From: an uncultured Acidobacteriota bacterium
GTDB taxonomy: Bacteria; Acidobacteriota; Vicinamibacteria; Vicinamibacterales; 2-12-FULL-66-21
Assembly: GCA_963695655.1 (NCBI GenBank)
Contig: CAVOHG010000009.1
Span: 372,012 to 436,011, forward strand
DNA: 64,000 nucleotides
Direction: 5' to 3'
Position numbers and translations under genes: made by a program. Every line of letters starts with the position of its first letter. Position 1 is the first letter of the stretch. Shown piece after piece: positions 28,101 through 40,466 of this stretch. The notes beneath the pieces were generated by a model. It did no database searches, had not been told where the DNA came from, and saw nothing but the letters and a program-made list of their open reading frames with translations.

Positions 28101-31100
28101 CGACGTCGTCATCCTGGGTGAAATGGCACTGAGCGCTCCGCAGGTCAGCATGTTCACCGACTGGGTCACTGCGGGCGGAAACCTCGTTGCGATGCGGCCC
28201 GACAAGCAGCTGGCCGGATTACTCGGCCTTGCCGATGCGAGCGCAACTCTTGCGGAAGCCTACCTGCAGGTTGATACGTCAGTCGCGCCTGGGACGGGGA
28301 TTGTCGCCGAGACGATGCAGTATCACGGCACAGCCGACAGGTATACGGCCGCGGGGGCAACGACCATCGCGACGCTGTTTTCGAGCGCGACGACCGGGAC
28401 GACAAACCCCGCGGTTACTCTCAAGAGTGTTGGCGCGGCCATGCGGCGGCATTCACCTACGACCTGGCGAAATCAATCGTGTATACGCGGCAAGGCAATC
28501 CCGCGTGGGCGGGCCAGGAGCGTGACGGGACGACCCCGATCCGATCCGACGACCTGTTCTTTGGCGGTGCTTCGCCCGACTACGTCGATCGCACGAAGAT
28601 AGCGATCCCGCAGGCAGACGAGCAGCAGCGGCTGCTCGCGAACCTGATCATCCACGTTGAGTACGCCTACCCGGCCGTTGCCACGTTTCTGGTACTTCCC
28701 GCGCGGCGAGAAGGCGGTTGTCGTGATGACTGGTGACGATCACGCAAGCAACGGAACCGCCGGTCAGTTCGACTACTTCGTCAGCCAGAGCACGCCAGGG
28801 TGCGACGTGAGCGCATGGGAATGCATTCGTGGGACGTCATACATGTATCCGGCGACGCCGATCGCACCGGCTGATGCCGCTGCGTTTGCTGCTCAGGGGT
28901 TTGAGCTTGGCGTGCACGTGACGACCGACTGCGGCGATTACACGCCTCAGTCACTCGAAGCGAATTTCACGAACAACATCGCGGATTTTTCGTCCTCCTT
29001 CGCAGCCTTGCCGGCGCCGCGGACGAACAGGCTCCACTGCGTCGTGTGGAGTGACTACTCGACCCAACCTCGCGTCGCTCTGGGTCACGGCATTCGCCTC
29101 GACACCACCTACTACTACTGGCCGGCCGCATGGGTGAATGATGTGCCGGGTGTGTTCACCGGCTCGGCGATGCCGATGCGGTTCGCGGATGCGGACGGCA
29201 CGATGATCGACGTCTACCAGGCCCCCACGCAGATGACCGACGAGTCGGACCAGAGCTATCCGCTCAACGCCGACACGTTGCTCGATAGAGCGCTTGGCGT
29301 AGAAGGCTACTACGGTGCCTACGTCGCCAACATGCACACGGATCTTGCGGATCATCCGGGGGCGCACGCAATCGTCGCGTCGGCGAAGGCGCGACACGTC
29401 CCTGTGATTTCGGCGAAGCAGCTGCTCGACTGGGTGGATGGTCGAAACGCCGCCACTTACACCGCGCTCGCCTGGACCGGCAGCACCTTGACGTTCACGG
29501 TCACCGCCGACGCACGCGCCACGGGACTTCAGATGCTGGTTCCGGCTGCACAGGACAGCCACATCGTTACCAGCGTGCTTCGGAATGGCGCTCCGGTTGC
29601 CTTCTCGATTCAACAACTCAAGGGCGTGGCCTACGCGGTGTTCGGTTCAGCGCCGGGTGCCTACACCGTGACGTATGCAGCCGACACCACCGCGCCTGCA
29701 ATCACAGCTGTGGCGGTTACGCCTGACGCAACCACTGCCACGATCACCTGGAACACGAGCGAGGGGGCAACATCCAGCGTCATGTTCGGTACGAATCCGA
29801 ACCTGATGAACGCATCGGTGTCATCGGCCGTGCTCGCCACGAGCCACTCGATCACGCTGAACAGTCTGGCGCCAGGCACGACCTACTACTTCCGCGCGGT
29901 CTCGAGCGACGTTCATCGGGAATACAACGAGCGCACCGGCGCCGCCGGCCGCGCCGCTCAACTTCCGAACGCTGCTGGTGCCAGCGCTTGGTTGCCCGTG
30001 CTCGATCTGGAGCGCCAGCGCGACGCCAGCGATCGCGTCGGCAGCAGACGCCAACGCCATCGAAGTGGGCGTCAAGTTCAAGGCGGCCGCGAACGGGTTC
30101 ATCACGGCACTGCGGTTCTACAAGGGACCCTCGAATGGCGGGATCCACGTGGGTAGTCTGTGGACCAGCGCGGGCGTCCTGCTCGGCAGGGTCACCTTCG
30201 CGAACGAAAGCAGCACCGGCTGGCAGCAGGCTACCCTGCCCCAGCCGGTGGCGCTCACCGCCAACGCGACCTACGTCGTCTCCTACAACTCGAGCAGCGG
30301 CGGGTATTCGGTCGACTCGCAATATTTCAGTGCCGGCGGGGTGACCAACGGCCCGTTACAGGCGCTTGGGGACGGCGTGAGCGGCGTAAACGGCGTCTTC
30401 GCCTACGGTGGAACCACGTTCCCCACGCAGTCGAACGACAGTTCGAACTACTGGGTGGACGTGGTGTTCGTCACGACCGTGCCTCCGTCGGCGCCCGGCC
30501 CCCGTGACCCTGACGGACACGACGGCCGCGGACTTCAACGGCGGCACGGTTGACGCGGGTGCCTACGTCGGCAATTTCGCCGGCGGCGAAATAATTCTGC
30601 TGCCAGCGCTCCACGAAGAGTTCTCCGGAGGAGTAGTTCCGGCAGACTGGACCTCCACGGCGTGGGCAGCTGGCGGCACTACGTCCTTCGCTGGCGGCCA
30701 GGCGACTATCAACGGCGCACTGCTTCACGTCAGACGGGCTGCTGTCGTCTGGGCAAAGCCTCGAGTTCGTGGCTACTTTCTCCGGCGGCGCCGCACAGCA
30801 CGGCGGCTTCGCACTGGACTTCGGTCAAAACCTCTGGGCGATCTTCAGTACGCAAAGTGGCGGCGCATTGTTCGCGCGCACTCACGACGGCATCACGCCC
30901 ACTGATACGCCGCTACCTGGCAACTGGCTGGGCTCCCCCCACGCATTCCGCATCGATTGGGCGAGTGGACTCGTCAAGTTCTACATTGACGGCACCCTCG
31001 TGGCCAGCCATGCACAGTCGATCCCCGATCCGATGCGTCCGGCATTTTCGGAGTTCAGCCCTGGCGCGGATGCGCTTCTTGTTTCGTCTGTTCGACTGGC

Positions 31101-33972
31101 ACCCTACGCAACCGCCGGCACTTTCACGTCACGAATCCTCGATGCCGGCTCTTCGACCGTCTGGGCATCCGCTTCGTCCGTCGCGACCACTCCGGCAGGA
31201 ACCACGCTTGCCCTCAGCGTGCGGTTCGGAGACACGCCGACGCCGGACGCCACGTGGACGTCGTTCAGCAGTGTCGCGCTCGGCAGCGCCGCTCTCACCG
31301 GAACGTCGCGATACGTTCAATATCGGGCGGTCATGACCGGCACTGGCGACACGACACCCGAACTCGCTTCCATCACCCTGTCCGGGACGGCCGTGGCACC
31401 GCTGCCGACCGTGTCGGTCACTGGGGGGAGCATCGTCGAAGGCAATTCCGGTTCTGCCTACGAAGAGTTCACGGTGACGCTCTCCGCACCTAGGTTCAAC
31501 CAGGTGAGCGTGTCTTACTCGACCTCGGACGGCACCGCATCGGCGGGCAGCGATTATCAGGCTTCGTCCGGCACTATCCTCATTCCCGCCGGATCGACAA
31601 CGGCCAGCATCGTGGTTCCGATCACTGGCGACGTCGTCGTTGAAGCCGACGAGACATTCGCATTCACGTTGAGCGCGCCTGTGAACGCCACTCTGGGTCA
31701 GGCTCAGGCGACCGGAACGATCGTCGACGACGATGTGCCGTCGATTTCGATCGCGGATGCCCTCGCGACTGAGGGCGACGGTGGAACTACGAATGCTGTC
31801 TTTGTAGTATCGCTGTCGGTGCCCGCTTTCCACACGGTAACGGTACCGTTTACCACGACCGATGGGACCGCGCTGGCGCCGCAGGACTACACCGCAACGT
31901 CCGGAGTCGTAACGTTCCCCGCGGGAACGACCACGCGCGACATCAACGTGCCAGTGGTTGGGGACAGCCGGCATGAGCTGAGCAAAAACTTCGCAGTAAT
32001 CCTTGGCTCCCCCGTCAATGCTGTCGTCCAGGACGGTAGCGCGACCGGCGTAATCGCGGACAACGACCCAATCCCCGCGGTGACAATCGACGATCTCAGC
32101 ACCACAGAAGGCGATTCCGGCAGCCTCGTGGCAAGCGTGACCGTCAGGCTGTCACGCGCCAGCGACCAGGTGGTGACGCTGTCGTATGCCACGGCTGACG
32201 TCACGGCGGCGAGCCCTGCCGATTTCACGGCGAGTGCGGGCACGCTGACGTTTGCCGCGGGAGAAATCACAAAGACGATTGGCGTGTCGGTGACTGGCGA
32301 TACCGTCGACGAGCCGGATGAAACCTTCGCGGTGAACCTGGGCGCGCCGGTAAACGCGACCATCGCTGACGCCCAGGCGATTGTGACGATCGTCGATAAC
32401 GATCCCCCCGGGCCGAACGAAAACGCGCGCATGGCGGTCGACCGCACCGGCCTCTACTTCGGTGCAACGAACAACGGCGCGATCAAGACGGGCTTGCAAA
32501 CGGCGAACGTCCGGTTCACAAACGGGACGGGCACGTGGTCGGTGACGACAACCGCGCCGTGGATTCAGATCGGTGATGGAACCGGCAGTGGCGCCGGCAC
32601 GTTCCTCGTCGGTGTCAAACCCGGAACCTACCCGTCCGGCACGATCTTGTCTGGAACGGTGACGGTCACAGCCCCAGGCGTGCCAAATTCTCCTCTCGAC
32701 GTCCCGGTGCAGTTCCGCGCCTATGCCGGTACGGCGGTCCCCGACGGCACCGTGGATACCCCGGCTGATAACGCGCAGTCTGTGGTCGGATCGCTCGCGG
32801 TCACCGGTTGGGCGGTTGATGACATCGGCGTATCGCGCGTCAGCATCTGGCGCGATCCTCTGCCGGGCGAACCGACGTCAGGACCTGAACGGGAAGGTAT
32901 TCATCGGCGACGCGGTGCAGGTGGATGGCGCGAGCCCGGACATCGACGCGGCCAGGTCGCAGCCATTCGACTACCAGTCCGGCTGGGGCTACCTGCTGCT
33001 GACCAACATGCTCCCGCGACCAGGGGAACGGCACGTTCAAGCTGTTCGCCTACGCCGACGATCTCGAGGGACATCGACGCGCTGCTCGGGTCGAAGACGA
33101 TCACTTGCGACAATGCGCACTGCGATCCGGCCGTTCGGCGCCATCGACACACCGACCCAGGGCGGCGTCGTGTCCGGGTACGGCATACGTCAACTTCGGA
33201 TGGGTGCTGACGCCGCAGCCGAACACGATCCCGACGGACGGGTCGACGATCATGGTGTACATCGACGGCGTCCCGGTGGGTCACCCGACGTACAACCAGT
33301 TCCGCGGCGACGTCGCGGCACTCTTCCCGGGACTCAACAACAGCGACGGCGCCGTGGGTTACTTCATGATCGACAGGACGACGCTGTCGAACGGGGTGCA
33401 CACCATCTCGTGGGGCGTCACCGACAACGCCGGCAACGCGGAGGGTATCGGCAGCCGCTACTTCACCGTGCTGAACGGAGCGACCGCAATCGTCGGTCAC
33501 GGTCGAGACGAAGCTCGAGCATCGAGTCGGCGATGGGACAGGCGCTCGAGGTGCGGACGTCGGCCGCGATCGGCGATTCGAGCGGGGCAGCTGGCACATC
33601 ACTCGACTTCGCTGCCTGTCAGTCAGACGCCGGTCTATCTGCGAACCGGGTTCGACCAGACCGCGCCGCTCGAATCTCGTGGAGGCAGACGCCAGTGGCG
33701 TGAGGCGCGTCAGCGCCAGCCCAGGTGACCAGGTTCCAGCTGACGCTCGGGTCGCCGGTGGACAGTGGCGGCTGACGATCGTTACGAGGGTTACGTCGTT
33801 GGCGGACGGCGCGCCTGCAGGCCTTCCGGCGGGAGCGCTGCTCGACCGCAGGACCGGCGAGTTCTTCTGGCAGCCCGGCGTCGGGTTCGGCGGGTGTCTA
33901 CGACCTGGTCTTCGTCCGCATCTCGGGTGACACGCGCGAAGGATCCCGGTGAAGGTCACGATCAGCCGCTGA
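25183..33972 (+). pseudogene. Giant secreted multidomain protein (about 2,900 aa): DMFase-beta-like domain, Ig, 2x DUF4082, FN3, LamG/ConA-like, 3x Calx-beta, shared C-terminal module; frame broken 12 or more times
   Basis: The N-terminus is MDPLTHVAAFRRTLVAAGIVLAILLL (signal anchor). The collinear protein is recovered by chaining ORFs 25168..28602, 28479..28736, 28657..30156, 29978..30553, 30408..30905, 30769..33210, 32723..33703, 33105..33728, 33679..33930 and 33765..34052. DUF4082 signatures: AIEVGTRFRSDTSGYVTAIRFYK..GHLW..SGWQQATF and AIEVGVKFKAAANGFITALRFYK..GSLW..TGWQQATL. The Calx-beta units show TSDGTASAGSDYQASSG-type motifs. Confidence 0.75.
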
Positions 33973-33996
33973 TCGATGACGCGCAGGGCCCGGACC

Positions 33997-34025
33997 GAGA
34001 AAGGGCCGCCTCGCGGCCCTTCTGC
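33997..34025. terminator. Hairpin between the convergent giant gene and gmd (paralog of the 24814 terminator)
   Basis: AAGGGCCGC (34001-34009) pairs with GCGGCCCTT (34013-34021) across a 3-nt loop. The T-run is poor on the + strand (TTCTGCTCC), while TTTCTC follows on the - strand, so it may serve both convergent genes. Confidence 0.6.
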
Positions 34026-34061
34026 TCCAGCCTCTGTATCCCCGAGGGATGACGCGACGAA

Positions 34062-35168
<1,107 letters not shown>

Positions 35169-35357
35169 TCACTGTCGTTTTTACCCGACTTCCTGGCAGC
35201 CCTGCAATTCTTGCGCGGTTTCTGTAAGAGCGCGCAGGCACGTGCACACTTCCGCTTCCCTCGATCCCTCTTTTCAGGCCTGTTTTTGCTCAGCTCGCCG
35301 GCTTTCAGCTCTGGCATATGCGTTGCCTTTGACGAAGACGACTCGTCAAGGAGCCTT

Positions 35358-37181
35358 ATGCTGAAACCACGCCTCGGCGTTGCCGTGCTTTTGACCGTTC
35401 TGCTGTCTGCCGCACCGCGAATGCCGCCGCGATTTCCCTGACCTGGGATCGCAACGCGGAATCCACGGTGACTGGCTACGTGGTGCAAGTCGGCAGCACT
35501 CCTGGCGGCACGGACCAGGCCATTGACATCGGCAACCAGATCTCGTGGACGTTCGGGTCGGCAGTTGCCGGCAAGACGTATTACTTTCGCGTCCTGGCGT
35601 ACAACGCCGCCGGCGCGAGCAGCCTCCCGTCGAACGAGGTCTCGGGCGCGGCTCCGGTTCCGACCAACGTGCCGCCGTTCGGGAGTTTCGATACGCCGAC
35701 CAACAACGCGACGGGGCTGACGGGATCGGTGGCGGTGACTGGTTGGGCGCTCGACGACAACGGGGTCACGCGTGTCCGGATCCTTCGTGCGACCCGTGGC
35801 GGGCGAGACGCCAGGAACGCTGGTCTACATCGGCGACGCGTCACGCGTGCCCGGTGCCCGTCCGGACATCGCCGCGAAGCTAACCCGACCGCTGCTCAGA
35901 AGGACCGCGCTGGATGGGGCTACCTGTTGCTCTCGCTGTTCCTTCCGAACCTCGGGCAACGGCACGTTCACGCTCTATGCCTATGCAGACGACGGCGACG
36001 GACATTCGACGCTTGCTCGGCACCAAGACGATCACGTGCGCCAACTGCGAGCTTCGATCACTCCCGTTCGGCGCGATCGATACGCCGGGCCAGGGCGAGG
36101 TCGTCAGCGGAGTCGTCAATAACTTCGGCTGGGTGCTGGCGCCGGGAAACTCGCCGCGCCGATCCGACCCCGGCGGCGGAACCGTGCGGGTCGTCATCGA
36201 CGGTGTCGCCTGTCGGAAGTCCCGACCGGTTGGACCACCCGCACCGATCTCACGAGCCTCTTTCCCCGTCGCGAGCTACAAAGGGATCGCCACCGCACTC
36301 GGCGTGTTCACGTTCGACAGCCGCACCCTGACGAACGGCATCCATACGATTGCCTGGGCCGTGACCGACAACATGGGAGGCACGTGCCGGCGTCGGCAGC
36401 CGGTACTTCACGGTCGCGAACGCGTCGGCTTCTACCGCGGCGTCGACCGCGGCAAGCACGGCGTCGGAGAGCGCGGCAACCGCTGCCGTCGCGCAGGTGG
36501 CACGACGCCGCTCGTCGGACGTCACGGCTACGACCTCGATGCGCCCTGGCGCAATTACCGCGCGAACTCGGCCGGCGTCGTCGTCGTCCAGTCCGAGGAG
36601 CTCGATCGAATCGAGCTGTATACGCAGGCAACGAGCGGGTCGCTCGTGACCGCAAACGGTCTGCGCCATCTGCCGATCGGCGCCAGCCTCGATGGCGGCG
36701 TGTTCACGTGGCAGCCGGGTGCAGGTTTCGTCGGCTCTTACGACTTCCTGTTCACCGGGCCCGCCGGTGATCGCCAGGTGCGCATCGTCCTGAACCCGAA
36801 GGGTAGTGGACGGGTCGGACCGCAGGTGGTCATCGACACGCCGTCACGCAGCACGAAGGGCCTGGTCGCGGCCGACCAGCCGTTCGTCATCGCCGGGTGG
36901 GCCGCCGATCTCGGACTCGACGGTCGATGGCGGAGTGGACGCCGTCCACATCTGGGCGTATCCGCGCAAGCGGCGGCGACCCCATCTTCCTCGGACAGGC
37001 GTCGCTCGGAGGCATGCGCCCCGACGTGGCCGCGGTCTACGGCAACCGGTTCCTGATGAGTGGCTACGGCGGCACGGCCGCCGGGCTGCCCGCAGGCGAC
37101 TACGACATCGCGGTGTTCGGCTGGAGCACCGTCCTGCAAGGCTGGGCGCCGGCGAGCACGGTCACGATTCGAGTGCGCTAA
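35358..37181 (+). pseudogene. Secreted FN3-domain protein carrying the Ig-like part of the shared C-terminal module (third paralog); many frame breaks
   Basis: AAGGAG (35348-35353) precedes ATG 35358. Signal peptide: MLKPRLGVAVLLTVLLSAA. The frame shifts by about 35420 to ANAAAISLTWDRNAESTVTGYVVQVGSTPGG..KTYYFRVLAYNAAGAS (FN3), then PPFGSFDTPTNNATGLTGSVAVTGWALDD. Fragments are ORFs 35468..36331, 35772..36122, 35914..37056 and 36897..37181 (stop TAA 37179-37181). Confidence 0.7.
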
Positions 37182-37186
37182 CGATC

Positions 37187-37360
37187 ACAGGTTCTACAGG
37201 GTTCTACGAGGTTCTCACAGGGTTCTACAGGTTCGGCGGGTTCTACAGGTTCGGCGGGTTCTACAGGTTCGGCGAGGTTCTGCAGAACCGAACCAAGTAG
37301 AACCCGTAGAACCGAACCAGGTAGAACCCCGTGAGAACCCGGTAGAACCTCGTAGAACCC
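37187..37360. repeat. Long imperfect palindrome built from GGTTCTAC / GTAGAACC units
   Basis: The left arm has GGTTCTAC-type units at 37190, 37200, 37210 and 37221, then the 18-mer AGGTTCGGCGGGTTCTAC three times (37229-37282). The centre is the perfect 14-nt palindrome GGTTCTGCAGAACC (37276-37289). The right arm carries GTAGAACC/GAACC units to 37360. Confidence 0.9.
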
Positions 37361-37366
37361 TATAAT
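37361..37366 (+). promoter_or_regulatory. Candidate -10 box (TATAAT), 6 nt upstream of the lhgO GTG
   Basis: A perfect TATAAT sits in otherwise GC-rich DNA. Six bases (CTCCGA) separate it from GTG 37373 and there is no room for an SD sequence, so a leaderless transcript is possible. No convincing -35 element was found. Confidence 0.25.
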
Positions 37367-37372
37367 CTCCGA

Positions 37373-38472
37373 GTGGAAGAAATAGACGTTCTCGTTGTCG
37401 GCGCTGGTGTCGTCGGGCTCGCGTGCGCTGCGGAAATCGGTCTCTCGGGTCTGACGGTCTGTCTCGTCGAGCGCCATCCGCGCGCGGGGATGGAGACAAG
37501 CACCCACAACAGCGGTGTCCTTCACGCTGGTATCTACTATCCCCCCAACAGTTTGAAAGCGTTGCTCTGCGTCGAGGGGCAGCGTCTGCTCTATGAGTTC
37601 AGTGCCAGGTACGGGGTTCCTCACCAGCGCTGCGGAAAGCTGATCACTGCGTCGGCATCCTCACGAGATCGGCGCGCTCGAAGCCCTCATGGCGCGAGGG
37701 AATGCGAATGGTGCGGACTCACTTCAGATGATCGATCGAGCGGAGACGCTCAGGCGTGAGCCAAACGTTGCCGCGGTTGCTGCCATCTGGTCGCCCGGTA
37801 CCGGGATCATCGAGCCGGAGGCGCTGGTACGAACGCTGCGCGATCTCTGCACCGCACGCGATGTCGTATTCCTGCCGGGAACGACTGTGCTGAGAGCGGA
37901 ACCGGCCGCGGACGCACTGGACGTTTACACGGGCTCGGAAACGATTCGCGCCCGCACCGTGATCAATGCCGCTGGTCTCTACGCCGACGAGGTGTCGGAG
38001 GCATGCGGAGGCGAGACGTTCAGGATCTATCCGGTGCGGGGCGAGTACGCGGAGCTCGTGCCGGCAAGACGATCACTCGTCAACGGCTTGATCTACCCGT
38101 TGCCCCACGCCTCCGGGCCACGGCCTCGGAGTCCACGTCACCAAAACCACCTGGGGAGGCGTCCTGTTTGGACCGACGGCGGCATACCAGGAACGGAAGG
38201 ACGACTACGAGGGCAATCGCATTCCCGTCGAAGCCTTCGTCGAGCCCGCGCGGGAATTGCTGCCGGGCATCCAGCTCGAGGACCTTCGACCGGGCGGAAC
38301 CGGCATCCGGCCGAAGTTGCATCCGCCCGAAGACTCGTTTGCAGACTTCATGATCCGACGCGACTCGCGCATACCCGCGCTGATCCAGGCCGCTGGAATC
38401 GAATCGCCAGGGTTGACGGCTTGCCTCGCAATTGCGAGGCGTGTTGGGGCGCTGGTTCAGGAGAGCGCGTAG
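37373..38472 (+). pseudogene. lhgO: L-2-hydroxyglutarate oxidase / FAD-dependent oxidoreductase (LhgO family), 2 or more frame breaks
   Basis: It begins (GTG)[21 protein letters not shown] and has [22 protein letters not shown]. It continues in ORF 37689..38624 (..[23 protein letters not shown]) and ends in ORF 38257..38472 (..[25 protein letters not shown]). Confidence 0.75.
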
Positions 38473-38490
38473 AGGCGTTCGCGTCCGAAC

Positions 38491-39330
38491 TCATGGGCGG
38501 GCGACATGTCGCTCGAGCGCGTTCTGCCATGTCGGCATCGCGATCCCTGCGAGCCGCAGCTTCTCGTTCGAAAGCGCACAGTATTTGGGTCGCTTCGCCC
38601 GAAGCACCACGTCATCGAAGCTGACCCGATCGAGCACCGGCTCGCAGCCCAAGATGCGAGCCGCTTCCTCGGCCATGCCGGCCCATGTCGTCACGCCGGT
38701 GTTGACGCAGTGATACAGCCCGGAGCGGCGGGCGCTTTTCGACGCAGCGCGACCGTCGCCTCTGCCACGTCATCGACGTAGCTCGGAGTGACCGTGCGAT
38801 CGACGAAGACGCGTACGGGCTCACCGCGGCGGATGCCATCGAGAATTCGGTCGACGCTGCTCTTCGCCCGCTCGCCGCCGAACAGGCTCTCGACGCGCAG
38901 GACGTAGTGGTCCGGCGCCTCGGTGGCGAACCACTCACCCAGTAACTTCGAGAGACCGTAGTTACTCGACGGCGCCGGCGTGTCCGACTCTGTATAGGGT
39001 TGGTGGGCCCTGCCGTCGAACACGAAGTCCGTACCGTAATGAACCAGCGTCGCGCCGGTCTGACGCGCGGCTCTCGCCAGCGAGAGCACGCCAAAGGCAT
39101 TCGCGTCGAGCGCCTCCAGCGGCTGTTCTTCCGCCTGATCGACAGCGTTGTATGCGGAGCAATTGACGATAACGTCCGGCCCGAAGCTCGCCGCCACTCG
39201 CAGGACGTCATTCTCGACCGTGATGTCGAGGTCCTTTCGCGTCATCGCACTCACGTCGGCGAATCCGTGAGAATCGACGGACGATCGCGCGCCCGAGCTG
39301 GCCCGCCGCGCCGGCAACAAGAACGCGCAT
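38491..39330 (-). pseudogene. dTDP-4-dehydrorhamnose reductase-like SDR (RmlD family), 2 or more frame breaks
   Basis: ATG 39330 gives MRVLVAGAAGQLGRAIV. The frame shifts by about 39265 into ORF 38691..39320 (..DLDITVENDVLRVAASFGPDVIVNCSAYNAVD..YGLSKLLGE), and the C-terminus is in ORF 38491..38694. It overlaps the degT stop by 1 nt. Confidence 0.75.
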
Positions 39331-40466
39331 CACGCCGTGATTGCGGCGTGCATCGCGGTCACAACGGCCTCCTGCTGGCCGGCCGTGAGCTCACCGTAGA
39401 TCGGCAGCGCGAGCGTGCTGTCCGCCGCCGCTTCTGCCCGCGGGAAATCTCCCCGCACGTAGCCAAGACCGGCGAAGCACTCCTGCAGATGGAACGGCAC
39501 GGGGTAATACACCTCGGTGCCGATCACCGCGCTCAGCCATGAACGCGCGCACGCGGTCGCGGTCCGGCACCCTGACGACGTACTGGTTGAAGATGTGCGC
39601 ACAGCCGGACGGGATCACCGGCCGCGAGACCTGGCTCGCCAGCCCACTGGATGCGATGAGCGCATCGTAGCGGGCGGCATTTTCCCGGCGCATCGCCGTC
39701 CATTGCGGCAGGTGCGGAAGCTTGACCCGCAGGACTGCCGCCTGCAGCGCGTCCATCCGGAAGTTCGCGCCGATGCGCTTGTGGAAGTACTTGGGCTCGG
39801 CGCCGTGATTGCGCAGCAGCCGGAGCTCGTGAGCCAGCCCGGGATCGTTCGTCGTAATCAGCCCGGCATCGCCGAAGGCGCCGAGGTTCTTGCTGGGAAA
39901 GAATGAGAAGCACCCGGCGACTCCCATCGAACCCGCCTGCCTCCCGTGGTAGGTCGCGCCAATGGCCTGGCAGGCGTCTTCAATCACCGCAATGCCCGGC
40001 TTTCGCGGCCGCCTCGAGAACGGGATCCATGTCGGCGCACAACCCGTACAGGTGCACCGGCATGATGGCGCGGGTCCGCTCGGTCAGCGCGGCTCCAACC
40101 GACGCGGGATCGAGGTTGTATGTCGCTGGGTCGATGTCGACGAGCACAGGCGTCGCGCCGACGCGGACGATGCACCCGGCAGTGGCGAAAAACGAGTACG
40201 TGCTGGTGATGACTTCATCGCCCGGACCGATGCCGAGCGCCATCAGCACCGCGAGGATTGCGTCTGTCCCCGAGGAGACGGCCACCGCCTCGGCAGACTC
40301 CGAGCTCGATCGCGAGCTCCCCCTCGAGCGCCTCGATCTCCGGCCCCATGATGAACCGCTGGCTGTCGCACACGCGGGTGATCGCGGCGAGCAGCTCGTC
40401 GCGCAACGGCCGATACTGCGCCTCGAGATCGAGGAGCGGCACGGCGGCGCGCGTGGCCGATGTCAT
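39330..40466 (-). pseudogene. DegT/DnrJ/EryC1/StrS-family sugar aminotransferase, about 4 frame breaks
   Basis: ATG 40466 gives [48 protein letters not shown]. It continues in ORFs 39980..40285 ([23 protein letters not shown]), 39391..39987 ([26 protein letters not shown]) and 39330..39602 ([14 protein letters not shown]). Confidence 0.8.

Noticed and set aside
21100-32447. Minus-strand ORFs inside the surface-protein genes (21100..21696, 21844..23103, 25090..26376, 26518..27516, 28951..29616, 31129..31974, 31887..32447).
   Set aside because: They are antisense to clearly domain-bearing plus-strand frames and are Arg/Gly-rich, without motifs.
37187-37360. Possible CRISPR array, because of regularly repeated short units.
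   Set aside because: The units are 8-18 nt and directly abutting, with no unique spacers. The second half is the reverse complement of the first, and no cas genes are present in the window.
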